Virus record (IMG/VR): IMGVR_UViG_3300043410_002441
Location: 1 to 56,918 of that record
Length of the DNA: 56,918 bases
Source of the DNA: a virus
Lineage: Duplodnaviria; Caudoviricetes
Reading direction: 5' to 3' (one strand)
Shown here piece by piece: positions 1-10,060 of this stretch. The notes below the pieces were generated by a model. That model ran no database searches, had not been told where the DNA came from, and saw only the letters and a program-made list of their open reading frames with translations. Each line of letters opens with the position of its first letter. Within the stretch, counting starts at the first letter, position 1. The translations under genes were made by a program, and so were the position numbers.

Positions 1-267
1 ACCTAAATTTAAACTTTCCCAAAACATTTTAACCTCGTGTTTAGGATAATAACTTGTTATATAATCAACCGAATTTGGGTCGAAATTAAACTTATCAATT
101 GCATCTCTCATTGAGAGGTGTGGGAATCTAAAATAATCACCATAAAAGTCTTTATATACTTTTACCCTGGTGTGTCTCTCTTCTTCTAAAGAGAATATAA
201 TTTTACCGTTTTCTATTAAACTAATACCACAAGAATGTGATCCAGCTGAAAGTCCTAATATTCTCAT
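1..267 (-). CDS. Carbamoyltransferase (NodU/CmcH family), N-terminal part; runs off window edge
   Basis: Not in the ORF track. Manual translation MRILGLSAGSHSCGISLIENGKIIFSLEEERHTRVK matches the ILG...H...DGKI...EEER.xR.K N-terminal motif. Its ATG overlaps the previous stop (ATGA). Confidence 0.8.
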   Translation of the reverse strand, partial: MRILGLSAGSHSCGISLIENGKIIFSLEEERHTRVKVYKDFYGDYFRFPHLSMRDAIDKFNFDPNSVDYITSYYPKHEVKMFWESLNLG

Positions 268-1214
268 TGTTGTGCGTATTTTTGATAAACTTCTACTAAT
301 TCTTTTGATCTGTTATACCAAGATAAAGATTCAGCTGTTTGTAAAGCGTTATTTCTAAACGCGTCATATTCGTTCATAATAACATCTAAACCACGAACTA
401 AATCATTTACATTTCTTGGTGCTCTCCACATACCGTGAAAATCAGTTTCCATTTCAATCCATCCGTTAATTGGTAGACCACAAGCAGCGGCTTCTAATAT
501 TGTTAAATTAGGGTGCCCAGCCTCTAACTCCGATGGGTGCATGAAAATTGTGTGTCTATGATATAGATTAACTAATTCATCTTGAGTTGGTTCCCATTCA
601 ATTGATAATTTCGGGTAACCAAAAACCCAAGGGTTTTCATTAAAGAAGTTCTCATTATTTCTAGGACCAGCAATTGTAATTGGTAAATTTCTAGCCATAG
701 CAGCTTTAATAGCAAAACCAAAACCCTTTCTATCATACCCATTCATACCAGCTAAACCATTGTTAGCTAAACATAATAATTTATGTTCTTTCGGCCTAAC
801 ATCAGACGGATGATAAAAGTCGGTGTTGACACCATGCGAGAAATAGATGGCCTTTTCCGTATCAAAATATGGTACCAAGAATTTACCTGGCATTAAAGAA
901 ACTTGTGATTCTAAAATAGCTCTATTATTTTGGTTAAACACATATGAATCTTTACCATAATAGTAAGCGTGATGATCATGTAATTGATAAATGTAGGGAA
1001 TACCTCTTTCATTTAAAAAATGACACAAATTAGCCATGTGTACATGTACCACATCATATTCACCTGGTTGAATCTCATTGGCATATTTAATGTCAACTTC
1101 ATGACCTAATAATCTTAAATTTTGGGTGAATTCCCAAACTATTTTTTCTACAGCACCCCAATTAGGTGGTGGTACAGGAATTCCGCATCCTGGGTGCACT
1201 TGACAGATTTTCAT
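264..1214 (-). CDS. Glycosyltransferase family 4 (GT-B)
   Basis: PVPPPNWGAVEKIV N-terminal motif; RKG; PSELEAGHPNLTILEAAACGLP (E-x7-E-like) motif. Confidence 0.88.
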   Translation of the reverse strand: MKICQVHPGCGIPVPPPNWGAVEKIVWEFTQNLRLLGHEVDIKYANEIQPGEYDVVHVHMANLCHFLNERGIPYIYQLHDHHAYYYGKDSYVFNQNNRAILESQVSLMPGKFLVPYFDTEKAIYFSHGVNTDFYHPSDVRPKEHKLLCLANNGLAGMNGYDRKGFGFAIKAAMARNLPITIAGPRNNENFFNENPWVFGYPKLSIEWEPTQDELVNLYHRHTIFMHPSELEAGHPNLTILEAAACGLPINGWIEMETDFHGMWRAPRNVNDLVRGLDVIMNEYDAFRNNALQTAESLSWYNRSKELVEVYQKYAQQ

Positions 1215-1217
1215 ATA

Positions 1218-3965
1218 TTAATTTGTAAAAATTGCTGCGTAATCGTTATCTTTATTTTTTTCTTTTCTATCTACAATAGAATAACCTGGTAAATGTTTTG
1301 TATAAATCTTATCGGCCATAGCACCGTGTAATCCAGCAACTTTAGTCATCCAAAGATCAAATGCGTCCCATTTACAAGTGTTAAATTTCTCTACAAAAGT
1401 AGGTAATTTTTCTCGATTAATCAAGTATGATTGTGCTGGTGCAAAAATGCTTAAATTAAGCATTAAATCCTCACGTCTACCCTCAAATCTTTCGGCACAA
1501 TAATTACCAAAACCAAGCATATCAACATTTTCTTCTTTCGCCAATTGTGACCATCTGATTAAATTATCGTACAACTCTTGATAAGGCGCGTCAATAATTA
1601 CATCACCCTCAAATACTAAGATGAAATCATATTTATCATTATCTGGTAATGTAATACCATTCTTATGGGCTAAGAAACAACCATAATGCCCTGGCGATAG
1701 TTTGAAATAACCTGGTTCAGCGGCAACATCATGTGGTCTATTACATGTTTCAGTAGGTGGTAAATCTCTATAAATTTCATTAATTTTTTGATAATATTCT
1801 ATGTTATCAAAATTATTAGCAAAATCTTTTAAAGAATGTGCTGATCTTAATTCTTTTGGATTTGTTGTTGGTTCGGTTACTAAATGAACAATTCTAATTT
1901 TTGGTTTACCATTAGTTTTATCAATCAAACTAACATTATTCATATCACCTTTATAATCAAACATACCATTATTTGGTAATGTATTAATGATATAATTATT
2001 ATCAATTTTTATTGATTTATTTTCAATAAATTGTTGCGTGTCTTTATCAAACGCTTGATAATCAATTACGTACTCAGCATTCTCACTTAAATCATAATTA
2101 ATTATACTATACCAAGAACCTCTTCCAGTTACGGTAACTTGTTCTTCTTTTAATAAAGAACCATTTTTATTAATCGTGATATTAACAATTCTACTATCGA
2201 TTGAATTGGATACCTGGAAATAAACCACAAATGAGTTAGGTACATTTGATGGTAGAACAGTGAAGTATTCTACTCTGGAGTAATCTCTGTGATAAAAATT
2301 GGTTTCAACTTCAGTTTTAAATTGTTCTTCACCGATTAATTGAATTTCATTCATTTTATCTTTAAAAGCAAAATACATTAAATTTTCGTAACCATTACTA
2401 AATGAACCCCATTTAGTTCTTAAATTTTCATAATCTTGCGCGGAAAATACTGGTGTAACGGTATTTAAATAAAAATCTGGTCTTATACCCATAAAAAATG
2501 TTGTAACTGAGTGACCTTCGGCATTATTAGGCATATCACCAAAATAAGCGGATTTTGTGTTTAATACAGCAGATACATTATCTAAATAAGCATCGTTTTT
2601 AAGTACATAATCATAATTAAGAAAATAAACTTTTTCAATACCTAATTTACTAGCTAACGCAGCACCATTATAATAATTTGTATAACATGTTGGTCCGTGA
2701 TATACATCATTACCCTCACCTCTTAAATTAACAAACGCAAAAAAATCAGCTTCACTATATCTACTTTGTGAATAAAATGTATGTTTTGTTAAAATATTGT
2801 TTTTATCATACACGCAATAATCAACCAGGTTCTGTAAATCGGATGAAATTGGTAGGTGTGATGTTAAAATAACTTTTCTACCCGTCTTTTTTGCCGCTAA
2901 AATACATTCAACTGTTGTATCAAAAGCGCTTTTTGTTGTTGGGTACGTTGAAATAATAACCGCTTCATTAGATCTGTTAATATCCAACACCATATTTGTT
3001 TGGTGTTCCGTTTCCAACATTTCTTTAATTATAGAACAGTTTTTGTTAAAATCGGTGAAATCTAAATACTTAATATTTTCAAATTTATCAAAGTAATTTA
3101 AATAAACACCAAGATTATAAATTAAGATAGGTAAATTCCATGAAATTGCTTCGCGAATAACCAATGGCATTGTTTCTTTATCATTATCTGTACCTCTGGA
3201 TGTAAATAAGAACAAATCCATGGCCTGATAAAATCTATCAACATCTTTTCTCTCACCATGCCAAACAATATTATCTGGTTTATCGGCCATTAAAGGTTCC
3301 CAATAATGAGCAAAATTTCCAGCTTGATTACCAACTGAATGAAAAACATATTCTGGTAATGCTCTAGCGTAATCAAAAAATTCTTTTTGATTTTTTCTTG
3401 GTGTGAATAAACCAACATGTAATACGTGTTTTTTATTAGGGTCTAAACCAAGATCTCTTAGAGCATCTTCTCTATTTGGCCTTTGTTTATATTCAATAGG
3501 GTATTCAACAAGAACTTTTGGTATATCAATTGAGCTAAATAGTTTTATTTGCCAATCTGATACAAACATAAATTTATCTGGGAAAAATTTCTTTTGAGTT
3601 GCATCATATGATGAATCATGCGATGTTTCAACAATAATATAGTTACGATCTTTTTTGTAAATTTCTTTTGCAACCTCAAAATCCATGAAATATTCAGGAA
3701 TTTCTTCTAAATGCACAATATCTGGAGAAATTCTATTGATAATGTCAATTAATTCCATTTTATTTTCTTCCAGAGTAAAGAATTTATCTGGTGGAACCAT
3801 TGATGTGATTTTATCTCTTTGTACAACTAATACACCACCAGTGTGGTTGGACCACTCAATGACATAAATGTCAAATGTGTCTCTAAGTAATTCAATTTTT
3901 TTTGTTAAATATTGCGGTAACCCACCTGTTGATAAATGTGGTGCAATGTATAATAATTTCTTCAT
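1218..3965 (-). CDS. Multidomain glycosyltransferase (N-terminal GT4, central and C-terminal GT-A-like domains)
   Basis: STGGLPQY, VGLFTPRKNQ and ETMPLVIREA GT4 motifs. The C-terminal GCFLAH...ILVFEGD resembles GT25. Start revised to ATG 3965 because the ORF-track extension overlaps the terminator/promoter. Confidence 0.8.
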   Translation of the reverse strand: MKKLLYIAPHLSTGGLPQYLTKKIELLRDTFDIYVIEWSNHTGGVLVVQRDKITSMVPPDKFFTLEENKMELIDIINRISPDIVHLEEIPEYFMDFEVAKEIYKKDRNYIIVETSHDSSYDATQKKFFPDKFMFVSDWQIKLFSSIDIPKVLVEYPIEYKQRPNREDALRDLGLDPNKKHVLHVGLFTPRKNQKEFFDYARALPEYVFHSVGNQAGNFAHYWEPLMADKPDNIVWHGERKDVDRFYQAMDLFLFTSRGTDNDKETMPLVIREAISWNLPILIYNLGVYLNYFDKFENIKYLDFTDFNKNCSIIKEMLETEHQTNMVLDINRSNEAVIISTYPTTKSAFDTTVECILAAKKTGRKVILTSHLPISSDLQNLVDYCVYDKNNILTKHTFYSQSRYSEADFFAFVNLRGEGNDVYHGPTCYTNYYNGAALASKLGIEKVYFLNYDYVLKNDAYLDNVSAVLNTKSAYFGDMPNNAEGHSVTTFFMGIRPDFYLNTVTPVFSAQDYENLRTKWGSFSNGYENLMYFAFKDKMNEIQLIGEEQFKTEVETNFYHRDYSRVEYFTVLPSNVPNSFVVYFQVSNSIDSRIVNITINKNGSLLKEEQVTVTGRGSWYSIINYDLSENAEYVIDYQAFDKDTQQFIENKSIKIDNNYIINTLPNNGMFDYKGDMNNVSLIDKTNGKPKIRIVHLVTEPTTNPKELRSAHSLKDFANNFDNIEYYQKINEIYRDLPPTETCNRPHDVAAEPGYFKLSPGHYGCFLAHKNGITLPDNDKYDFILVFEGDVIIDAPYQELYDNLIRWSQLAKEENVDMLGFGNYCAERFEGRREDLMLNLSIFAPAQSYLINREKLPTFVEKFNTCKWDAFDLWMTKVAGLHGAMADKIYTKHLPGYSIVDRKEKNKDNDYAAIFTN

Positions 3966-4015
3966 ATTTGTTTTAATTAACGATACAAATATAGTAAATT
4001 TTGAAACAAATATAA

Positions 4016-4050
4016 ATAAAAAAGGGTGGAAAAAATCCACCCTTTTATTT
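4016..4050 (-). terminator. Intrinsic terminator after major capsid gene
   Basis: AAAAGGGTGGA/TCCACCCTTTT stem flanked by T tracts on both strands. Confidence 0.85.
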
Positions 4051-4071
4051 TTTTAATGTAACCCTTTAAGA

Positions 4072-5655
4072 TTATCTTAAACCTGTGATACCGAAGCTAA
4101 CGATATTTTTACACTTGATTACACCATAGAAACGGTTGTTAACCATTTTCTTAGCGTAACGAGTCATAATACCTTTAACTGGTGCAAAGGTGAATGGGTT
4201 GTACATTGTTGGAGTTAATTGCATTGGCACGTATGGTGCGTAAATGTAACCAGTATCCAATAATGATGTACCTTTGTGACCCATCAAGATTGTATCAGCT
4301 GGGAAGTAAGGATCACGGTAAACTTGGTATCTTCCACCCAATGAACCGATTCTTTCAATACCCATGTTATATTTGTCTTGCTCTGGAGCAGCGTTAGATA
4401 CGTGGAAGTATTCTAAGTCGTCCAAGATAGCTGAAACCTCAGCAGAAACTACGATCCAGTTAGCACCACCTCTTAAAGTAGCTTTGTGGATTTGAGCAGA
4501 AACTTGGTTGATCGCAGTGATCAAAGTTTGGTTCCAATCTTTTTGAGTATAGAAACCGTTTGTTGCAGATAAACCTAGGCCATTAGCTCTTGAACCAGAG
4601 TAATCCCAAGTCATTCTCCATGCAGCACCTCTACGTAAGTCACGTAAAATTTCACGGTCAATCTCAGCAGCAACTTGCTCAGACAATAAAGCTGTTAATT
4701 CAGCTTCAGCGTCAATGTTATGGAATGCACTAACGTCTTGAGCTAATTCTGGAGACCATTGAGCTCTTAATTTTCTTTCGATAACAGAAACTGTTACAGA
4801 TTGAAGTTCAAAGCTTACTTCACCCATTGTGTCAGCATACTCTAAAGTATCGTATTCTTTAGCAGTTACAGTTAAACCAGTTAATGGTAATACAACTGTT
4901 GAGCTATTGTTAACAACAGCAACATAAATAGCACCATTAGAATCCATGATTGATTTACCATATTTTTGAGCTGGTAAATAGAAATCAAAGTCAGCGCTAG
5001 CTGTTGCACTTGTGATGTTTAATGTAGAAAGAACTTCTTCAGCATCATCCCATGTTGAACTAGTTGGTCCAAAATCAACTTTAATGATAGATGTAGCACC
5101 TGTAGGAACTGAAGTACCAGCTAAAGTAGCATAACCACTTGTAGAGCTTGAATCAAATTGATACAAGTTAGCTGTAGTTACAGTACCAGTTAAAGTACTA
5201 GCTGCACCTTTAGAGTTGTCATAAAGACCGTTCTCACCGTAGAATGCATCATACAAGTTAGGGCTTATTGTGCTGTTTGGTGTTGGGTCGATACCCGCAA
5301 CGCTTGAGTTGAATGATGAATTTTCCAACTTCGGAATGAAGTAGAATAATTTACCAATCGGTAAGTTTAAAGCTTGAACCGAAACGATTTCGTTAGCTAA
5401 TAATTTTGAGAATACTCTTCTCACGATAGGGAATACTACAGTTTCGAAAGAACCTTCGTTACCTAAAGCAACTGATTCATTAAGCATGTAAGATGCTTGG
5501 TTTTCGAATAATTGTGCAATATTCTCTTTTCTGTGACCAGCAAGACCTTCTAAAAGACCTAAACCGTCCCATCTGTTAATTACGTCAGTACGTACAGCTT
5601 TTAAGTGATTTAAGCTCACGTTACCAACTTTTCCTGATTCTAATAATGCTCCCAT
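4072..5655 (-). CDS. gp23: Major capsid protein, T4 gp23-like
   Basis: PIVRRVF, RKLRAQWSPELAQD...HNIDAEAEL..LLSEQVAAEIDREI, YAPYVP and GIMTRY motifs. Confidence 0.96.
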   Translation of the reverse strand: MGALLESGKVGNVSLNHLKAVRTDVINRWDGLGLLEGLAGHRKENIAQLFENQASYMLNESVALGNEGSFETVVFPIVRRVFSKLLANEIVSVQALNLPIGKLFYFIPKLENSSFNSSVAGIDPTPNSTISPNLYDAFYGENGLYDNSKGAASTLTGTVTTANLYQFDSSSTSGYATLAGTSVPTGATSIIKVDFGPTSSTWDDAEEVLSTLNITSATASADFDFYLPAQKYGKSIMDSNGAIYVAVVNNSSTVVLPLTGLTVTAKEYDTLEYADTMGEVSFELQSVTVSVIERKLRAQWSPELAQDVSAFHNIDAEAELTALLSEQVAAEIDREILRDLRRGAAWRMTWDYSGSRANGLGLSATNGFYTQKDWNQTLITAINQVSAQIHKATLRGGANWIVVSAEVSAILDDLEYFHVSNAAPEQDKYNMGIERIGSLGGRYQVYRDPYFPADTILMGHKGTSLLDTGYIYAPYVPMQLTPTMYNPFTFAPVKGIMTRYAKKMVNNRFYGVIKCKNIVSFGITGLR

Positions 5656-5688
5656 TTTAGTATTTGTTTTAAGTTTTATTTAATTTTA

Positions 5689-7035
5689 TTATTTGATTTT
5701 TCCAATGATATCCAACATTCTTGATAATTGTGGATTTTGATAAGCAGTTGATTCATTTAATTTTGAAGAACCACTAGCTTTCGGACTTTCCATAATTTTG
5801 TCTTCAATCACTTGTTTTGTTGCTGTTTTACCAGAAGATAACTGATCTTGCAAACTATTGAAGATTTCTCTTGACTCATTTAAGTTTTGAGCTGAATCAA
5901 ATCTCTTAAGGATATTTAATTTTTCATCCTTAGTAGTAGAATTTTCAGTAATCAATTTGATTGCATAAGTTAGATTTGATGAGAACAAAGCAACTTCTTG
6001 TAATTGCGACTTAAGATTTTTGATAGCTGTCCTATATTCAGTCTCAGAACCTTTAAATTCTTCAGCTAAATTTTTGAAGCTTTCTAACTCTTCAGCCTTT
6101 TTATTATTTTCAGCCACTGCTTCTTGGTATTTTTTTCTCATTACCACCAAGCTTTCATGTAACTCTTTTTCTTTGGTTTTGTTTTCAGCCTTGTTTTGTG
6201 CATTTTCATGGATGTCTTTAGTAGCTGCATTTTTGATCACACCATTTTCTTTAGCTGGTTCCTCAAGTTTTTTCTCACCTGTAGGCATTGATCCACCTTT
6301 AGTAGACATGTGTTTAGTAGCCGCATTTTTGATCACACCATTTTCTTTAGCTGGTTCCTCAAGTGAGGATACACCATCTGGTGTTGAACCACCTTTAGTT
6401 GTGATGTGAGCTGTAGCTTCTTTAGCAACTTCGTTTAGATCCTCTTCTGAGATTTCAACCTCATACACTGGCTCTTCTTCTAAATCAATCGTTTCGTCCA
6501 TTGATTCACCAAATTGTTTTTTGACAGCAGCACTAGTTGGAATTTCGTGCTCGTCACCGTACTCATCAACATTACCAACTTCTTGAAGTTCCTCTGGAGT
6601 TTCCTCTGGAGTCTCAGCTGGAGTTTCTTCCCCACCTTTTTCTTCATCTTTGGCTGGTTGGATGTTAATTTGTACACCACCTTCTGGTGTTTGGACAATT
6701 TCGATCTCGTCAGCTGGTTCCATAAGGTTGAAATGATTAATAACTTCCTCATCTGATTTGTCGGTTAGATCAATAACTTCTTCACCATCTTCTGGTGCGT
6801 CCATGTTATCGCCCATACCGTCAGCATCATTAGCTGCTTGATCACCTGGTAGATTGTCACCAGGCATGTCATCTGTTAACTCTTCGTCTTCAACTTCCTC
6901 TAGGTTGTTTTTGACAATTTCTTCTAATTCTTCCTTAAGAGTGCTTTTTAAAGCGTGATTAGCGTTTTTAGAAACCGCTTCTCTTAATTCTTGAATTTCA
7001 GCAAGAGTTTCTGCTAAAATATTTGTTTTGCTCAT
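5689..7035 (-). CDS. Prohead core/scaffolding protein
   Basis: Acidic, coiled-coil protein directly upstream of the MCP, with many [ILV]xE protease-type sites. Confidence 0.75.
   Translation of the reverse strand: MSKTNILAETLAEIQELREAVSKNANHALKSTLKEELEEIVKNNLEEVEDEELTDDMPGDNLPGDQAANDADGMGDNMDAPEDGEEVIDLTDKSDEEVINHFNLMEPADEIEIVQTPEGGVQINIQPAKDEEKGGEETPAETPEETPEELQEVGNVDEYGDEHEIPTSAAVKKQFGESMDETIDLEEEPVYEVEISEEDLNEVAKEATAHITTKGGSTPDGVSSLEEPAKENGVIKNAATKHMSTKGGSMPTGEKKLEEPAKENGVIKNAATKDIHENAQNKAENKTKEKELHESLVVMRKKYQEAVAENNKKAEELESFKNLAEEFKGSETEYRTAIKNLKSQLQEVALFSSNLTYAIKLITENSTTKDEKLNILKRFDSAQNLNESREIFNSLQDQLSSGKTATKQVIEDKIMESPKASGSSKLNESTAYQNPQLSRMLDIIGKIK
6227..6364. repeat. 42-bp exact direct repeat (6227-6268, 6323-6364), 96-bp period, in scaffold gene
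   Basis: GCATTTTTGATCACACCATTTTCTTTAGCTGGTTCCTCAAGT occurs twice; the protein has LEEPAKENGVIKNAATK twice. Confidence 0.9.
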
Positions 7036-7159
7036 GTTTTAATTTATTAAAAAATTATTATGATATATTATCTTAGTAATAAATACTACAAAAAATAGGA
7101 AAGATCAAAAAAATTTAAAAAAATATTCTTATTATCCTGTATTGAGCAAGGATTGAGCA

Positions 7160-7189
7160 AAAAAAAACCACCCGATTTTGGGTGGTTTT
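7160..7189 (-). terminator. Intrinsic terminator
   Basis: AAAACCACCC/GGGTGGTTTT stem followed by a T tract on the minus strand. Confidence 0.8.
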
Positions 7190-7210
7190 AGTAGTTTTTA
7201 AGGTTGTAAC

Positions 7211-7450
7211 TTATTCAGCATTGATATCAACACCTTCTGGAATTAGCACTCTAACAATTTTAGATTCAGCACAATTTAAAATCCTGTAATCTCCCATGTA
7301 TCCATCCAAATCCTTGATAACATTAGCTTCTGCATCTGTTATAGAAATTGCTTTGGTCATGTAATTCTCTTTAATTTTTTTAATTTTACCAGTTTGTTCG
7401 TCCTCAATCACGAATTGAATAGTTACTGTGTACCAATAGTATGTTTTCAT
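7211..7450 (-). CDS. DUF4494-like protein
   Basis: GKIKKIKENY..KAISITDAEA...ESKI pattern of this Bacteroidota-associated family. Confidence 0.65.
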   Translation of the reverse strand: MKTYYWYTVTIQFVIEDEQTGKIKKIKENYMTKAISITDAEANVIKDLDGYMGDYRILNCAESKIVRVLIPEGVDINAE

Positions 7451-7503
7451 AAAAAATATTTTTTAACTATTATAATAGTAGTAATTTTTTTTAAAAAAAC
7501 AAC

Positions 7504-8253
7504 CTAAAATTTCAAAAACTTATTCAACCTAGCCATTAAATCTTCTTTGGAGTCATTACTTTCAGGTCCTTTACCAGTTGCATGATTAATACCTTTAGTC
7601 TCTTCAATATCTTTTGGTTCATTTAAAACCTCATCATATTTCTTAAAATCTTGAGCGTCTTTATAAAGGTATGAACCTGGTGTTGATGGTGATGATACAA
7701 TATCCCAGCAAATTAATTCAAAATCATCTTGCACAACGTTTTTACCGTTAATCTTTTTAAGGCTACCAACACCTCTAGACGATATACCTAAAGTCATACC
7801 ATAACCAAGGTAATGAGCGACTAAATCACCGTTACATGATATAATACCACTTCTTCTAAAACCTTCAGATACTAATATCTCTAATTTACCAATAAGAACA
7901 TTATCCTTCCAGAACATATCAACTATTCTATGTGGTGAACCACCTTTAAGTGATATAACTGATTCTTGTGGGTGATCTAATTCGTGAAAACTAGAATTGC
8001 GAGCGATAACCTCTCTATATCTTTCAACTTCTCTTTTTAGAATATCTTCTGGATAAACCCTACCGTTTCTATTCTCAACACCATATTTTTGTAATGTTGC
8101 ATAGTAATAAATAGGACCAGACAAATCAATAGGACCTTTTTGGATTTCCTCATTTATAATTTGGCCCTGTAATACTTCAGATACTGAACCAGCATCACCT
8201 TCAATTAAGATTCCAAACCCTTCTTCGTTTTCTTTTAATATTTTTATACCCAT
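7504..8253 (-). CDS. gp21: Prohead protease, T4 gp21-like
   Basis: NRNGRVYP, ELDHP, GISSRGVGS and DIVSSPSTPGS motifs. Confidence 0.94.
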   Translation of the reverse strand: MGIKILKENEEGFGILIEGDAGSVSEVLQGQIINEEIQKGPIDLSGPIYYYATLQKYGVENRNGRVYPEDILKREVERYREVIARNSSFHELDHPQESVISLKGGSPHRIVDMFWKDNVLIGKLEILVSEGFRRSGIISCNGDLVAHYLGYGMTLGISSRGVGSLKKINGKNVVQDDFELICWDIVSSPSTPGSYLYKDAQDFKKYDEVLNEPKDIEETKGINHATGKGPESNDSKEDLMARLNKFLKF

Positions 8254-8304
8254 TTTGATAGATTATATCATATAAATATAACGAAAACCAGTTAAATGTC
8301 TTAT

Positions 8305-9225
8305 TTAATCATCAGAAATATTAAAACCCATTTTTTCATCAGCAATTTTCTTATTTTTTAATCGCTTGATTGTTTCATCATAAGGGTTTTTAAGAATGTA
8401 TAATGATATAAAAGTTTCTTTAAGATGAGCCATTGTATATCCATTGGTGTCTTTTACCAATTTTTCGATATCATATAACTTTTGATCTTCCTCATCTAAA
8501 ATATTTTTAAAATAAGCACCTCTATCCTCTGCGGTTGGTTTTTCAATCTTATATTTCTTATCAAATCTAGATGGTCTATCTTTAATCCTAGCTGGTATTT
8601 GTTCTAAGTTGTTTGTTGTTGCAACATATACAACATTTTCAATTGAGTTTAAACCATCTAAAAAATTTAAAAATACTTCTTCACCAAATTTTTGTATAAC
8701 CAAATCAATATCTTCAATAATGCAAAGTATCGGCCTTGTCTTTTCAACCTTTCTAACCAATTTAGCCAACTCAACCCAGTTATAGGGGTTATCAAAATAT
8801 ATTGATAGTCCGTTATATTCCTTTAACTTATCAATAAGTAGATAAATTAAAGATGTTTTACCACATCCAGGGTCACCGTATAAAATAATACCTCTTTTTG
8901 GTGTTAAGTTGTATTTTTTAAATCGATCAATGTTATCCCAAAAATTAACCAGATCAGATATAATCTCGTTATGTGGAGATGATGGTAAATGAAAAAACTC
9001 GTCACTTTTATATTCTAGCTTTGAAATACCAAAGCCATTAGCATCATTATATATCATGCTATATAAACCAGATTCAACGGTTGTAACTGGTTTAAAATTA
9101 AAAAAGAAATCGGTGTTGTTTATTGTGTACCATGATTCTATTGATGGTAATAGTCTTTGAACATGATCTGTTAGACTAACCTCTAACGGCACAGTTTCAT
9201 CATATAAGTCGTCTTGTTCTAGCAT
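8305..9225 (-). CDS. AAA+ ATPase
   Basis: Walker A GDPGCGKT, Walker B IIEDID, TTN sensor, RPSRFD arginine finger. Confidence 0.92.
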   Translation of the reverse strand: MLEQDDLYDETVPLEVSLTDHVQRLLPSIESWYTINNTDFFFNFKPVTTVESGLYSMIYNDANGFGISKLEYKSDEFFHLPSSPHNEIISDLVNFWDNIDRFKKYNLTPKRGIILYGDPGCGKTSLIYLLIDKLKEYNGLSIYFDNPYNWVELAKLVRKVEKTRPILCIIEDIDLVIQKFGEEVFLNFLDGLNSIENVVYVATTNNLEQIPARIKDRPSRFDKKYKIEKPTAEDRGAYFKNILDEEDQKLYDIEKLVKDTNGYTMAHLKETFISLYILKNPYDETIKRLKNKKIADEKMGFNISDD

Positions 9226-9649
9226 TAGATTTTTTTGAGAAATAATTTAATTTATTTTTTTCTAGTGATTCTATAACAAGATTAGATAATTCTTGCATCT
9301 TTTTAAACATTAAATTTGAATTAAATTTAATTTTATCTTTAGGGTAAACTGTCAATTCGATAAACATAAAACTTTTTTTATCTAATGACATTCCAGATGC
9401 TCTTAAATCTAAATCAACGATAAAGTTTTCGTTAAATGTTGTAGTGTCAATATTATCTTTTATTCTAACGATAATCTCTCTACGCATGATTCTTATGTAA
9501 GAATCAAAATTTTCAATTTCTTTGGGTTGCACCCAGGATTCTATATTTAGGTATATAGCGTTTAATTTTACAGCGTCAATTGTACCGTATTTAACTCGAA
9601 ATTTCTCGTCTGTGAAGAGTTTCTTTTCTTTTCCAAATTTGCATTGCAT
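9200..9649 (-). CDS. Hypothetical phage protein
   Basis: 149-aa ORF overlapping the AAA gene start in the same operon. Confidence 0.7.
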   Translation of the reverse strand: MQCKFGKEKKLFTDEKFRVKYGTIDAVKLNAIYLNIESWVQPKEIENFDSYIRIMRREIIVRIKDNIDTTTFNENFIVDLDLRASGMSLDKKSFMFIELTVYPKDKIKFNSNLMFKKMQELSNLVIESLEKNKLNYFSKKSNARTRRLI

Positions 9650-9754
9650 TTTTTTTCATCATATTTTAGCGTATTTTATTTTTTATTATTATAATAATAA
9701 TAAAAAAAGTTCACTAAAGCAAATTTCAGATATTTATAATTAAACAAATTAATT

Positions 9755-10057
9755 ATGAACGTAGGAAACATCAAAAAATGGTCTTTCGGTGAGATGACAT
9801 CGAATCCAGACGGAAAAACATCAGTAACATCAACATCAGGCTTCATTATTGTAATGGTTGGCTGTCTTTCATTCCTATTAGGGGTGATTGATAAAATGTT
9901 CATTGACAAAAGCATGGACGTTATTAACCAAGCTGTTATGTTTACAACAATTGGGGCTGCATTAATCGGTTATAAAAACTACACTGGTCATAAGGTGTCA
10001 ATAGCGAAGTCAAAAACCGAAACAACTACTGAGGAAACCCCAGAAGAAGTTAAATAA
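9755..10057 (+). CDS. Small two-TM membrane protein, holin-like
   Basis: Two hydrophobic segments and a charged C-terminal tail; has its own TATTTATA motif at 9731. Confidence 0.55.
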   Translation: MNVGNIKKWSFGEMTSNPDGKTSVTSTSGFIIVMVGCLSFLLGVIDKMFIDKSMDVINQAVMFTTIGAALIGYKNYTGHKVSIAKSKTETTTEETPEEVK

Positions 10058-10060
10058 GAT

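Noticed and set aside
7141-7160. ATTGAGCAA direct repeat x2 upstream of the scaffold gene
   Set aside because: Too short and not seen elsewhere, so an operator cannot be supported.
10002-10008. TAGCGAA in the holin-like CDS complementary to the terminator loop TTCGCTA
   Set aside because: A 7-nt match can be chance; the longer bipartite rRNA match explains the loop better, though a pseudoknot is not excluded.
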